DNA of 64,000 nt, from NCBI GenBank assembly GCA_041653595.1, contig JBAZFB010000007.1:18527-82526 (forward strand). The letters are read 5' to 3'. The number at the start of each line of letters is the position of its first letter. Within the stretch, counting starts at the first letter, position 1. A program made the position numbers and the translations under genes. Below, in pieces: positions 20,447-29,066 of this stretch. This stretch comes from Candidatus Omnitrophota bacterium (GTDB taxonomy: Bacteria; Omnitrophota; Gorgyraeia; Pluralincolimonadales; Pluralincolimonadaceae). The notes below the pieces were generated by a model. The model did not search any database, was not told the DNA's origin, and was given only the letters and a program-made list of their open reading frames with translations.

Positions 20447-21721
20447 TTAGACCTCCTCTATTTTCGCGTTTTCAATGAGGAACTCCATCGCCTTGTCCTG
20501 CGATATCTCGGCTTTAATGTCTTCCATGAGGTTATTTTCTTCGAGATATTTTTTCGCTTCCTCTGCCGTCTTCTTGGCTCGCGCCGCCAAAAGCTCGACG
20601 CGCTTGCTGATATCCTCTTCGGACGCTGCCAGCTTCTCCAGCTCGGCGATCTTATCGAGTATAAAATACGACTTCACTCGCCTGACCGCCTCGTCCCTGA
20701 ATTTCTGTTTCATGGCGGCCTCTTCCTTCTCGATATCCTCTTTCTTATATCCCATATACTGGAGCCTGTTCTGCGCGTCTTTTAACAGGTGCTCGGCCTC
20801 CGTGTCCACCATCATCTCCGGGGCCTCGAAATTCGCGCCCTTGATGAGCTGGCCTACGAGGTCCTCTTCCACCTTGAACCTCGCCTCCTGTTCCTTCGCC
20901 TTGGTGAGCTCTTCGCGGATATTCCCGCGAAGCTCGAGCAGGGACTTGAACCCGCCGACGTCCTTGGCGAACTCGTCGTCGATCGCCGGCGCTATCTTCT
21001 CCTTGACCTGGTTGACGGTTATTATGAATACGGCCTGTTTTCCGGCCTGCTCCTTGCGCGGATAATTCAGCGGCATTATGGTATTGACCGTCCTCGTATC
21101 GCCGGGGACCGCGCCCAAAAGCTGGCTCATGAACTCGGGTTTCGTAGATTTCGGGTTGAGCGGGAACCAGACGTTCTCGTTCTTCTCGCCGGGCTTGGCC
21201 TCTACCGATATCTCGACGTCGCAAAGGCACCAGTCGTTCTCCTTCGCCGGGCGCCCCTCGACATCCTTAAGCTGGGAGTGCCTCTCCTGGAGGTCCTCTA
21301 TCACCTTATCGACATCCTCGGTCGCGACCTGGGCTTTCTGCCTCACGGCCTTGAGGCCTTTGTAGTTCTTCAATTTCACTTCGGGCCGCACGTGGACCTC
21401 CGCCTTGAACGAGAGCTGCTTCTCCGCCTCGAAAATTATATCGGTAACCGACGGCATGCCTATCATGTCGATGCCGGCGTCTTTTACCGCCTTCATCACC
21501 GCCTCGCCGATGAGGCGCTTCTTGACCTCCTCGCCGGCCTTGTCCTTATAATGCGTCTCCACGAGATAGCGCGGGGCCTTGCCTACCCTGTAACCCGGCA
21601 CCTCGGCGTATTTCTCGATCTCGCCGATTATCTCTTCGTATTTATTTTTTATATGGTCCGCGGGGACCTCTATCTCGAAACCCCTGCGCGAACCTCCAAG
21701 GTCTTTGCTTTTTACTTTCAT
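20447..21721 (-). CDS. tig: trigger factor (ribosome-associated PPIase chaperone)
   Basis: N-terminal ribosome-binding domain ([10 protein letters not shown]...), central FKBP-like domain and C-terminal arm. 424 aa, immediately upstream of clpP as usual. Confidence 0.9.
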   Translation of the reverse strand: MKVKSKDLGGSRRGFEIEVPADHIKNKYEEIIGEIEKYAEVPGYRVGKAPRYLVETHYKDKAGEEVKKRLIGEAVMKAVKDAGIDMIGMPSVTDIIFEAEKQLSFKAEVHVRPEVKLKNYKGLKAVRQKAQVATEDVDKVIEDLQERHSQLKDVEGRPAKENDWCLCDVEISVEAKPGEKNENVWFPLNPKSTKPEFMSQLLGAVPGDTRTVNTIMPLNYPRKEQAGKQAVFIITVNQVKEKIAPAIDDEFAKDVGGFKSLLELRGNIREELTKAKEQEARFKVEEDLVGQLIKGANFEAPEMMVDTEAEHLLKDAQNRLQYMGYKKEDIEKEEAAMKQKFRDEAVRRVKSYFILDKIAELEKLAASEEDISKRVELLAARAKKTAEEAKKYLEENNLMEDIKAEISQDKAMEFLIENAKIEEV

Positions 21722-21731
21722 GATGATCGCT

Positions 21732-22286
21732 TCAGGTCTTTATCAGACCGAAGTCACCGTCCTTTCTCTTATATATTACATTTATCCTGTTGTCCTCGGC
21801 GCTCCTGAAGACGATGAATTCGCCCTTCGATATCTTCAACTCCTCCACGGCTTCCTCGACCGACATAGGTTTCTCGGCGACGCGCTGGGTCTCGACTATC
21901 CTCGGGCCGGCGGCCTCCCTTTCGGGCCTGAAGACGCCCCTTATCGCGGATAACGACCTGGCCGCGAGCTCCCTGATCCTGCCGGAAGAGCCTTTTACCC
22001 TGTGCTCCTTTATCTTGTCGTGGAGTTTCCTCAACTGTTTTTCGAGGGAAGCGATCGCCGCGTCGATCGACGCGTACATATCCGAGGTCGTCTCGGTCGC
22101 GGTCAGCTTGAAGTGCTTGCCGATTACCGTCAGCTCGGCGACGTGGCGGAACTTCTCGACCGAAAGGATGACGTGCGACTCGAGGATCTTGTGGTAGAAT
22201 TTGTCCAGCTTCGCTATCTTATCGTTTACGTGGGCCTTCATGCCTTCCGTGACATCAAAATGCCTGCCCGTGATGACTACGTCCAT
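21732..22286 (-). CDS. hpf: ribosome hibernation promoting factor, long form
   Basis: MDVVITGRHFDVTEGMKAHV N-terminal RaiA/HPF fold plus a C-terminal dimerisation domain, 184 aa. Strong SD AAGGAGG 6 nt upstream of the ATG. Confidence 0.9.
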   Translation of the reverse strand: MDVVITGRHFDVTEGMKAHVNDKIAKLDKFYHKILESHVILSVEKFRHVAELTVIGKHFKLTATETTSDMYASIDAAIASLEKQLRKLHDKIKEHRVKGSSGRIRELAARSLSAIRGVFRPEREAAGPRIVETQRVAEKPMSVEEAVEELKISKGEFIVFRSAEDNRINVIYKRKDGDFGLIKT

Positions 22287-22309
22287 GTTACCTCCTTAAG
22301 TATCGGCCA

Positions 22310-22362
22310 CTCACCCTCTTTTAGCTAAAACATCTTTAGGGTGAGCAACTTCGTTGCTCACA
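22310..22362 (-). promoter_or_regulatory. two mutually exclusive RNA hairpins in the lptB-hpf leader
   Basis: Seen directly: a 9-bp stem GUGAGCAAC/GUUGCUCAC with a GAAG (GNRA) loop at 22341-22362 that overlaps the lptB stop. An alternative 8-bp stem CUCACCCU/AGGGUGAG at 22310-22345 shares the CUCAC nucleotides, and its loop contains the palindrome UUUUAGCUAAAA. Confidence 0.4.
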
Positions 22363-23083
22363 TTCTAAACTTTTCGCCTAAGTAGATCTGCCTCGCCTTC
22401 GGGTCGGAGATGAGCTCTTCCGCGGTGCCGGATATCAGGACTTTTCCGTCGGACATTATATAAGACCTGTCGGTTATGGAAAGCGTTTCGCGGACATTAT
22501 GGTCGGTCAAAAGTATGCCGAGCCCTTTCTCCCTCAGCGAACAGATTATCTCCTGGCACTCGGCGACCGCTATCGGGTCGATGCCCGAGAACGGTTCATC
22601 TAACAATATGAAAGTGGGTTCGGTCACTAGCGCGCGGGTTATCTCCAGGCGCCTGCGCTCGCCGCCGGACAAAGTATAGGCGTAGTTCCTGGCGAGATGC
22701 GATATCCTCAATTCGCCCAGGAGCATCTCAAGCCTCTTGCGGCGCTCCTTCTTCGATATCCTTAGCGTCTCGAGGATGGCCATTATATTCTCCTCGACGG
22801 TAAGTTTCCTGAATATCGACGGCTCCTGCGCAAGGTATCCTATGCCGCAGCGGGCGCGCCTGTGCATCGGCAGGCCGGTTATCTCCTGGTTATCAAAGAA
22901 TATCTGGCCGCTATCCGGCTCGACCAGGCCGACTATCATATAAAAGGTCGTCGTCTTCCCCGCGCCGTTAGGCCCGAGCAGTCCAACTATCTCTCCGCGC
23001 CTGACCGATATATCGACCCCGTTGACAACGCGGCGGCGGTTATATGTCTTTTGGAGACCCTTCGTTTCGAGGAGGTGCATCAA
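22358..23083 (-). CDS. lptB: LPS export ABC transporter ATP-binding protein
   Basis: Walker [13 protein letters not shown] signature LSGGERRR, Walker B, 241 aa with the LptB-typical C-terminal extension. Adjacent to an OstA-like gene. Confidence 0.9.
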   Translation of the reverse strand: MMHLLETKGLQKTYNRRRVVNGVDISVRRGEIVGLLGPNGAGKTTTFYMIVGLVEPDSGQIFFDNQEITGLPMHRRARCGIGYLAQEPSIFRKLTVEENIMAILETLRISKKERRKRLEMLLGELRISHLARNYAYTLSGGERRRLEITRALVTEPTFILLDEPFSGIDPIAVAECQEIICSLREKGLGILLTDHNVRETLSITDRSYIMSDGKVLISGTAEELISDPKARQIYLGEKFRM

Positions 23084-23089
23084 AGATCC

Positions 23090-23872
23090 TTATTTTTGCT
23101 TTTCTTTCTTATCTTCGGGATATATCATTACCTTTGGAGATCCCGTGAGGATGACCTTCTGCTCAGGCGCGAGGTAAGTCGCCTCGTCGCTGTACGTCCA
23201 GCTGCCTTCCCTCATTATCTTCACGTTGCCCCTGGCTACTATTTTCGAGACCTGCTTTGTCTTCGTGTCGTAATATGCCGTCGCCGTGTCGCAGAATACC
23301 TGGCCGCGCTCGTCTTCTACCTTGACGTTCTTGTTGAAGACGGCGTAGCTTTTGCCGTAATCTATCTCCATCGGCCCGTCGCAGGTTATGGTCGTAGGCG
23401 TTTTAGTGGCGAACTCGCCTACGCTCTTTCCCTTTGCGTCGGACTTCATCACGACCGGCTTATCGGTCACTACCTTCTGTTCGGCGTTCTTCCAGTCGAG
23501 CGCGTCGGTCTTCATCTCCGTGCCGTTAGTGCCGGTCACGACGACGTTCGACTCGAAATGCGCGTCGTTCGAACCCCTGTTGAATGAGCCTTTGTCGGCC
23601 GTAAGCGTCATGTCGCTCTGGTCGCCGTAGGCCTTAGCGACGATATCGGTAAGATTGACCACCTCGGAGACTATATCCGCGGATTTGCCCTGGACCTCCC
23701 ATTTCTTCTTGCCGGTCTTCTCGAAACCGGACAGCGAGAACGCCATCATCCTCTGGTCGCCCGAGATCTCCGCCTCTTCCTCGGGCGGGGCCGGCGCTTT
23801 CGCCTGTTTGCCTTCACAGCCCGTGAACAAGAACACCACCAGCAGGGCGGTCGCGACCTTATTTAATCTCAT
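23090..23872 (-). CDS. LptC/LptA-family (OstA-like beta-jellyroll) periplasmic LPS transport protein, lipoprotein-anchored; possibly a fused LptC-LptA
   Basis: Lipobox LFTGCEG, then two OstA-like segments (FSLSGFEKTGKKKWEV... and ITCDGPMEIDYGKSYAVFNKNVKVED...IVARGNVKI). Sits between lpxL and lptB. Confidence 0.7.
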   Translation of the reverse strand: MRLNKVATALLVVFLFTGCEGKQAKAPAPPEEEAEISGDQRMMAFSLSGFEKTGKKKWEVQGKSADIVSEVVNLTDIVAKAYGDQSDMTLTADKGSFNRGSNDAHFESNVVVTGTNGTEMKTDALDWKNAEQKVVTDKPVVMKSDAKGKSVGEFATKTPTTITCDGPMEIDYGKSYAVFNKNVKVEDERGQVFCDTATAYYDTKTKQVSKIVARGNVKIMREGSWTYSDEATYLAPEQKVILTGSPKVMIYPEDKKEKQK

Positions 23873-24801
23873 TTTGAGCCCTTCATTTCATTCAGGACGA
23901 ACCCTTTCGCAGTCTGGGGGTTCGTCTTCCATCTGTTATGCATCCAGACCCATTGCGAAGGGTACTTCCGTATATACGACTCGACGACCTTCGACCACTT
24001 TTCCGTATTTATTTTTATATCGTTCTCTTTATTTCCGGTTATCTCGAGCTCGAGCGGCTCCTCGACATATATGGTGTGGCTATTCCCCTCGCGCACTATG
24101 AACATCGGGATTATCGGCACGGCCGTTGCGAGGGCAAGTATGACCGGCGCGGTCGGCGTGTAAGCCGGACGCCCGAAGAAATCCACAAAAACCCCGTCGA
24201 CGGAGGATATATCCTGGTCGGCAAGTATCGCGATCGATTGCCCGCCGCGCAGCAGCCTGAGTATCGTCTTTACCGACTCGTCCCGCATCACGACGTTGAC
24301 GCCCATCTTCCGGCGCAGGCCGTTCATCCAATCGTCAAACTTCACGTAACGCAGCCTCCGGGCGAGGACGTTCACCGGGTATTTTTTGAGGCCGAACCAT
24401 CCGGCAAGGAGCTCCCAGTTGCCTAGATGCGCCGAGAGGACTATAAAACCCCTCTTCTGCGAAAGAGCCTTGTCTACTATATCGAGGCCTCTTATCCTGA
24501 CGTGCCTGTCTATGTTCCGGGTGGTCAGTTTAGAAGCGCTTAATATCTCAAAAAGGTTCTCGCCTAAATTGCGGAAGATACCCTTGGCGATAGCCCTTAT
24601 TTCAGCTTCGGTCTTCTCTCCCTTGAACGCGATCCTGAGGTTCTCTATCGCGCTCTTCCTGTGGCCGGGCACCAAAAAAAAGGCGCACTCTCCCATTCGC
24701 CTGCCTAAAAATTTGTTAATTTTTATCGGGAAGAGAAGCGAGATAAAACTGGCTGTCCTAAGAAGGTAATAAAGATACCTTCTCCTGATTCTGTGCTTCA
24801 C
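23869..24801 (-). CDS. lpxL: lipid A biosynthesis late acyltransferase (LpxL/HtrB/LpxM family)
   Basis: N-terminal hydrophobic anchor, the NLxxxFP-type motif (ENLRIAFKGE), HLGNWEL acyltransferase H-box, and C-terminal KYPSQWVWMHNRWK. GTG start. Confidence 0.85.
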   Translation of the reverse strand: MKHRIRRRYLYYLLRTASFISLLFPIKINKFLGRRMGECAFFLVPGHRKSAIENLRIAFKGEKTEAEIRAIAKGIFRNLGENLFEILSASKLTTRNIDRHVRIRGLDIVDKALSQKRGFIVLSAHLGNWELLAGWFGLKKYPVNVLARRLRYVKFDDWMNGLRRKMGVNVVMRDESVKTILRLLRGGQSIAILADQDISSVDGVFVDFFGRPAYTPTAPVILALATAVPIIPMFIVREGNSHTIYVEEPLELEITGNKENDIKINTEKWSKVVESYIRKYPSQWVWMHNRWKTNPQTAKGFVLNEMKGSK

Positions 24802-24809
24802 AACGGGTT

Positions 24810-24838
24810 ATAATAGCAAAAGATATGCGTGAAGTCAA
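24810..24838 (-). promoter_or_regulatory. candidate sigma70-type promoter TTGACT-N17-TATTAT directly upstream of lpxL; the -10 box ends 8 nt before the GTG start, so the transcript may be leaderless
   Basis: Minus-strand sequence cgcTTGACTtcacgcatatcttttgcTATTATaacccgttGTG. Read directly from the 40-bp pilP-lpxL gap. Confidence 0.35.
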
Positions 24839-24841
24839 GCG

Positions 24842-25258
24842 CTAACGCCCTATCCTGAGGGTCCTTATCTCATCGCCGGACTTGACGGTCACGGCGTCTT
24901 TCGTTATCTCCAATATCTTGTATCCCGATACCTGGTCGCCTACTTTCGCCACCTTGCCGTCTATTATGCAATAGCTCTTCCCGGGGTCGCAGAAGATCCC
25001 GCTAAGAGATGCCGGGCCTGCGCCGGCCTCGGCCGGCCCGCCGCCGATCGCGAACGGGTCCCTGCCCCAGGATTTGAACGAGCTTGTCATACGCTCTTTT
25101 TGGAAGACGGGTTTTTGGGCCGGGGCTGCGGCCGCGGGAGCGGTTTTCGCCTCCTCCGGCTTTTTAGCGCGCGGCTTCAGGACGGCCATCGCGGTAACGG
25201 CAATAAATATCGCGATGACTACCCCAAGGATGACTAATTGCTGTTTATTCTTGTCCAC
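24842..25258 (-). CDS. pilP: PilP/GspC-like pilus assembly protein (TM anchor plus C-terminal beta domain)
   Basis: N-terminal TM, Ala/Pro linker, RDPF motif (WGRDPFAIG), and a C-terminal segment GYKILEITKDAVTVKSGDEIRTLRIG resembling the PilP/GspC HR domain. Follows pilO. Confidence 0.55.
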   Translation of the reverse strand: MDKNKQQLVILGVVIAIFIAVTAMAVLKPRAKKPEEAKTAPAAAAPAQKPVFQKERMTSSFKSWGRDPFAIGGGPAEAGAGPASLSGIFCDPGKSYCIIDGKVAKVGDQVSGYKILEITKDAVTVKSGDEIRTLRIGR

Positions 25259-25826
25259 TTTCGGCCTCTTCCAGGGTATACGTGAACACCTTCATATCCA
25301 CTATTAATTTCGGGAACGTCCTCTCGTCTTTCGCGATCCGGAATTCCGGGACGGCCGCAAAACTGCTCTCCAGACTATCCAACGATCCGAGATAATCCCC
25401 GAGGCTCTTATAGGCCGCCCTCATCTTTATGTCTATGGGTAACGCCTTGCAATTGAACGCCGCGGACATCTCAGGGAGCGGTTCGGCCGGCTGGGGCGTT
25501 ATCGAGATGAAATCTATGTTGAGACCCTTACCCTTCTTCGCCAACTCCTCGAGTATAGCCGGCGTCGGGCTCTTTGAAGGGAGCCGCTTGCGCAGGTCCC
25601 CGACTTTCGCCTCTACCCCGGCCTTATCCAATTTGAACGCGGAAAGTTTATTGCGACCGGCGGTAAGCTGGGCATTGAGCTCGCGCCAGGTCTTCTTCTT
25701 CTCGGCCAGTTCCTTCCTCGCCGGAGCGAGAACCACCGCGAACAGAATAAGGAATATGACGATCCCGGTGATGACCGCCACAGCCGTCTTATTCTTCTTC
25801 AGTCCTATATTTTTCAGAACAGGCAT
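25245..25826 (-). CDS. pilO: PilO/GspM-like pilus assembly protein
   Basis: Single N-terminal TM, coiled-coil segment and C-terminal ferredoxin-like region. Position directly after the PilM-PilN fusion. Confidence 0.6.
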   Translation of the reverse strand: MPVLKNIGLKKNKTAVAVITGIVIFLILFAVVLAPARKELAEKKKTWRELNAQLTAGRNKLSAFKLDKAGVEAKVGDLRKRLPSKSPTPAILEELAKKGKGLNIDFISITPQPAEPLPEMSAAFNCKALPIDIKMRAAYKSLGDYLGSLDSLESSFAAVPEFRIAKDERTFPKLIVDMKVFTYTLEEAESGQE

Positions 25827-27280
25827 TTGATATCGAACTCCGTATTTGAATTCATGCCTTCGCCCATCTTGGCGTTCAATAGCGTCACGCTCTTGAACAT
25901 GCCTCCTTCAAGCGACGATATGATGCCGGACAGGGCCTTTTCGCGGTTCTTGACGTCGCCTGTGATCTGGCCGCTTATCTCTAAACCGGACGCGTCAGCC
26001 TTAAGGCTCGAGAGGACCGCGTATTTCGGGAGCCTGTTGCTGAGTTCTTTTAACGCCTCTTTCCACGGCGGGATGCCTGAGAGGACCGAGTCGATAAACG
26101 CCTTCCTTTCGGAGAGTTCTACCGCGAGGCGCTCATAATGCGATGTTATCTCCAGCTGGGGTTTCATGACCTCCATCTCCTTTATCCCGTAGCTTATCTT
26201 CTTGTCGTAGTTAGCCAGCTGCATCCTCATGCCGATAAAAGAGAGCACCAGGGAAACGGCGACCGCGGCTACCACCGACTCGACCGCCGCTTTCTCGAAT
26301 GTGCGTATGGTCTTTTGTTTTAATTCCGGCGGCAAAAGGTTTATCCCCCGGCCCTCGCTTAAGGCCGCGCCTACGGCGTTGGCGAAGATGCCTGATGCCG
26401 GGGCCGGATCGGCGAGCGCGCCCTTTTCCAGAGAGATCCCCTTAAATGGGTCTCCCTGAGAGACCGGAACGCCGATGTTCTCCTGTAAAAATTCCGCCAG
26501 TCCCTTTATCGACGCGCCGCCTCCGGTTAGGAAGACCGACCCGACCTTGTCTCCGGACGATTCGTTCCCGTAATAGTGGAGGGACCGGTCGATCTCCTGC
26601 GCCAGCCGTTCCGCCGCCGGGCGGTTCAGGTCTTTGGTGATCGCGGCGGCGCCTGAATTGACATTTCTTGTGAACGCAAGATAACCGTCTTTTATGATAT
26701 TTATCCCGGTATAATTATGCCCGATATCCACGACCGCGGCGGCCTCGCCTCCCTTAAGGCCCATGCGGTTCGACAGCTTCTCTATGGCAATAGGCGGCGG
26801 GAAGAGCGCGGCCGGGCTGATGCCCGCCCCGGCGAGGGCTCCCACTATACTGTCTACCGCCTTTGCCGGCATCACGGCCAGCTTCACTTTGTATTTGCTT
26901 ACGCCTCCCTCGGCGGTCTCCTGCAGTTTGTAATCAATAAGGAGCTCGTCAAGCGGCAGGGATACCTTCTCTTTCACCTGCCATCTCACTGCCTCGGGTA
27001 TCTCCCGGTCCGACATCTTTGGTATCGTGAAATAACGCAGGCATCCTTCCGGGCAATCGGCTACGCAGGTGACCCTGGCGGATTTGACACTCATGCCGGC
27101 CACGGCCTTCTTTACGCCTTCCTCTTTCGGGACGAGGCCGGCTTTTTTTAAAATGATATCTCCGGCAGGCCCGGTCCCTATCTCGACCGCTTTTATCGCC
27201 GAGGAACCGATATCTATGCCTATATATATCTCTTTCTTTTTGAAATTCATTGCTCGTAACTCTCTTTCCAGGAAGAGCAT
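25814..27280 (-). CDS. pilMN: PilM-PilN fusion protein (actin-like ATPase domain fused to a PilN transmembrane/periplasmic domain); GspL-like architecture
   Basis: Residues ~10-330: PilM-like actin fold (IGIDIGSSAIKAVE..., FLTGGGASIKGLAEFL). Residues from ~330: classic PilN opening (GINLLPPELKQK), followed by a TM and a periplasmic domain. 488 aa. Confidence 0.85.
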   Translation of the reverse strand: MLFLERELRAMNFKKKEIYIGIDIGSSAIKAVEIGTGPAGDIILKKAGLVPKEEGVKKAVAGMSVKSARVTCVADCPEGCLRYFTIPKMSDREIPEAVRWQVKEKVSLPLDELLIDYKLQETAEGGVSKYKVKLAVMPAKAVDSIVGALAGAGISPAALFPPPIAIEKLSNRMGLKGGEAAAVVDIGHNYTGINIIKDGYLAFTRNVNSGAAAITKDLNRPAAERLAQEIDRSLHYYGNESSGDKVGSVFLTGGGASIKGLAEFLQENIGVPVSQGDPFKGISLEKGALADPAPASGIFANAVGAALSEGRGINLLPPELKQKTIRTFEKAAVESVVAAVAVSLVLSFIGMRMQLANYDKKISYGIKEMEVMKPQLEITSHYERLAVELSERKAFIDSVLSGIPPWKEALKELSNRLPKYAVLSSLKADASGLEISGQITGDVKNREKALSGIISSLEGGMFKSVTLLNAKMGEGMNSNTEFDIKCLF

Positions 27281-27666
27281 GCAAGGAACTTGCCGCTTCC
27301 ATCGTCCGTATAGACGGCGACGAGGCGCGCTTTTATCTCTTTCCCCGTTGCGGGGAGGTCAAGAGGCATCTTGCCCCGCACATCGATAGTTAACGTATCG
27401 GAAACGCGGGTGACCGCTACATACTCGACCGTCCCGTCGCCGAGCGGTATGGGCGCGGGAACGGCCGCGACCGGACGCCCGGCCCGCACATCGCTCAATA
27501 TATTGTCAACGCCTGCCTGGGCCAGATATAACGCCTTCGCATCGTCGAGCTGAAATCCGGCGGATCTTGTATTGGAAGAGACCATGGATACTATAGCCAT
27601 CGTCATGACGGCGAGGGCCGTCATGAACACAAATGTGATTATCAGCGCGAAACCACGCCCTCTCAT
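27247..27666 (-). CDS. minor pseudopilin, GspK/PilX-like (short)
   Basis: N-terminus MRGRGFALIITFVFMTALAVMTMAIV resembles GspK (no Glu5). 139 aa. Located after the GspI-like and GspJ-like genes. Confidence 0.5.
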   Translation of the reverse strand: MRGRGFALIITFVFMTALAVMTMAIVSMVSSNTRSAGFQLDDAKALYLAQAGVDNILSDVRAGRPVAAVPAPIPLGDGTVEYVAVTRVSDTLTIDVRGKMPLDLPATGKEIKARLVAVYTDDGSGKFLACSSWKESYEQ

Positions 27667-28184
27667 ATGCCCCTCGGCCTGACTTTAGCCATGAATTGGA
27701 TCGATTCCGCCCCGCTCGCAAATGTCAGGTCGATCCCCACGACCCTTATCTGGGACGGGACTATCACGAGCATCGGGTTGGTGTTATCATCGGGCCTGTA
27801 ATACCTGAACGCCAGCGACTGGACGTTCCGCGCCACCACCGGCCCGCCGGCGCCGTCCTGCGTGCGCAGCAGGTTGCCGCGCGCCAGCCGGTAGCGGATG
27901 GTCTCCTGGCTGCCGTCGCCGTCGACATCCGCGAGGAAAGTCAGGCTGCGGGTGTCCGTCGGCGCTATAAAAGACGTGGCCTGCCTCAGGTCGCATGACA
28001 TAGTATTCAGTCCGTAAGATATATCTTTAATGAAACCTCCCCTCGTCATTTCTTCGCCCAATATCCTTAACCCGACCATGTAAGTAAGGGCTATGGCGCA
28101 CATTAAAACGGAAACGAGCGCCATATTAAAGACGACCTCTATCAGGGTGAGGCCGCGCCCGTCCCTAATTGACATCCGAGACAT
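27663..28184 (-). CDS. minor pseudopilin, GspJ/PilW-like (prepilin-type N-terminus)
   Basis: GLTLIEVV prepilin cleavage/methylation motif followed by a hydrophobic helix, 173 aa. Confidence 0.7.
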   Translation of the reverse strand: MSRMSIRDGRGLTLIEVVFNMALVSVLMCAIALTYMVGLRILGEEMTRGGFIKDISYGLNTMSCDLRQATSFIAPTDTRSLTFLADVDGDGSQETIRYRLARGNLLRTQDGAGGPVVARNVQSLAFRYYRPDDNTNPMLVIVPSQIRVVGIDLTFASGAESIQFMAKVRPRGI

Positions 28185-28536
28185 ACGTGACTAAGGATAT
28201 CTTCACGTCTCCCGACCTTTGCCTCCAATAGATATTGACCGTTACCTGTTTAAGGTTCGGTTTAGCGCCCAGGACCAGGACCTCCCTCTCAAATAACGCG
28301 TAAGGGCTGCCTGCCGCCGTCCTCGCCTCGGGGACTATCGAGGCATACGGGACGTTGCGAATCTCTTCCATCTTCACCTGCGCAAGCGCGGTAGCGAGCA
28401 CCGTATTCTCGTTCTCGACGCTGCCGTAAATGCCCATACTTAATATTTGCAGCAGCACTACCGCGCCGGCCGCGAAAAGCGCGATCACGATCAGGATCTC
28501 TATCAGCGTAAAACCGCGCGCGCCGATTTTGGCCAA
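28165..28536 (-). CDS. minor pseudopilin, GspI/PilV-like (prepilin-type N-terminus)
   Basis: GFTLIEILIVIALFAAG motif, 123 aa. Confidence 0.7.
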   Translation of the reverse strand: MAKIGARGFTLIEILIVIALFAAGAVVLLQILSMGIYGSVENENTVLATALAQVKMEEIRNVPYASIVPEARTAAGSPYALFEREVLVLGAKPNLKQVTVNIYWRQRSGDVKISLVTYVSDVN

Positions 28537-28539
28537 AAG

Positions 28540-28995
28540 CTAAAAACCTCCCGAACCCGGAGTCCCGTTTGAGACGAAGATATCATCGCCTGTCGCGCCT
28601 GCGGGATTCACCGTTCCCGTGGCGCTGATACCTGTTATCGTAGCCGTCCTGTTGGGGCCGAGAGACCAGATCACATAATACGCTCCGCTGACCGCATATC
28701 TGTACTGCGTCGTCGCCGAGGCGCCGAACGGGTCATATAAAACAGAGCCTAGTATCTGCGGGATGGCCGTCGTCAACTGGGTCTCCCAACTACCGCCCGC
28801 TGCCGGATACGTATGCGGGTTGCGGTGCATATACCACGATTCTACCGCTGCCTGCAACGTCCTCAATTCCGCGGCGGCCTTGGTCGTGTTGCCCTCGTCG
28901 CGCATGCCTCCGAACCTCGGCAGGGCGATCCCTATCAGTATCGCGATGACCATGATGACGATAAGAAGTTCTACAAGCGTAAACCCCTTCCTCAT
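28540..28995 (-). CDS. gspG: major pseudopilin / type IV pilin, GspG-like
   Basis: KGFTLVELLIVIMVIAILIGIALP is a canonical class III signal plus the GspG/PilA N-terminal helix. Start trimmed to the ATG at 28993-28995, preceded by AAAGGAGGAAG. Confidence 0.85.
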   Translation of the reverse strand: MRKGFTLVELLIVIMVIAILIGIALPRFGGMRDEGNTTKAAAELRTLQAAVESWYMHRNPHTYPAAGGSWETQLTTAIPQILGSVLYDPFGASATTQYRYAVSGAYYVIWSLGPNRTATITGISATGTVNPAGATGDDIFVSNGTPGSGGF

Positions 28996-29014
28996 CTTAC
29001 TTCCTCCTTTCGTT

Positions 29015-29066
29015 AATGGTAGATGGTGAACATCTACCATTCGCGCTTGACGCATATGTCAAGCGC
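29015..29066 (-). promoter_or_regulatory. two consecutive perfect hairpins/palindromes between gspF and the major pseudopilin gene
   Basis: 29043-29066: GCGCTTGAC-GCATAT-GTCAAGCGC (9-bp arms), abutting the gspF stop. 29015-29041: AATGGTAGATG-GTGAA-CATCTACCATT (11-bp arms). Both read directly. The SD and ATG of gspG lie 20 nt downstream. Confidence 0.45.

Noticed and set aside
23090-23872. Calling the OstA-like protein specifically LptA or LptC
   Set aside because: Two OstA-like segments plus a lipobox do not let me separate LptC from LptA. It is reported as an LptC/A family protein, possibly a fusion.
27247-27666. Treating the 139-aa GspK-like ORF as a spurious overlap with the start of pilMN
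   Set aside because: Kept as a feature at low confidence. The 33-nt overlap with pilMN is compatible with coupling, and its N-terminus resembles GspK/PilX pseudopilins. It could still be mis-started.
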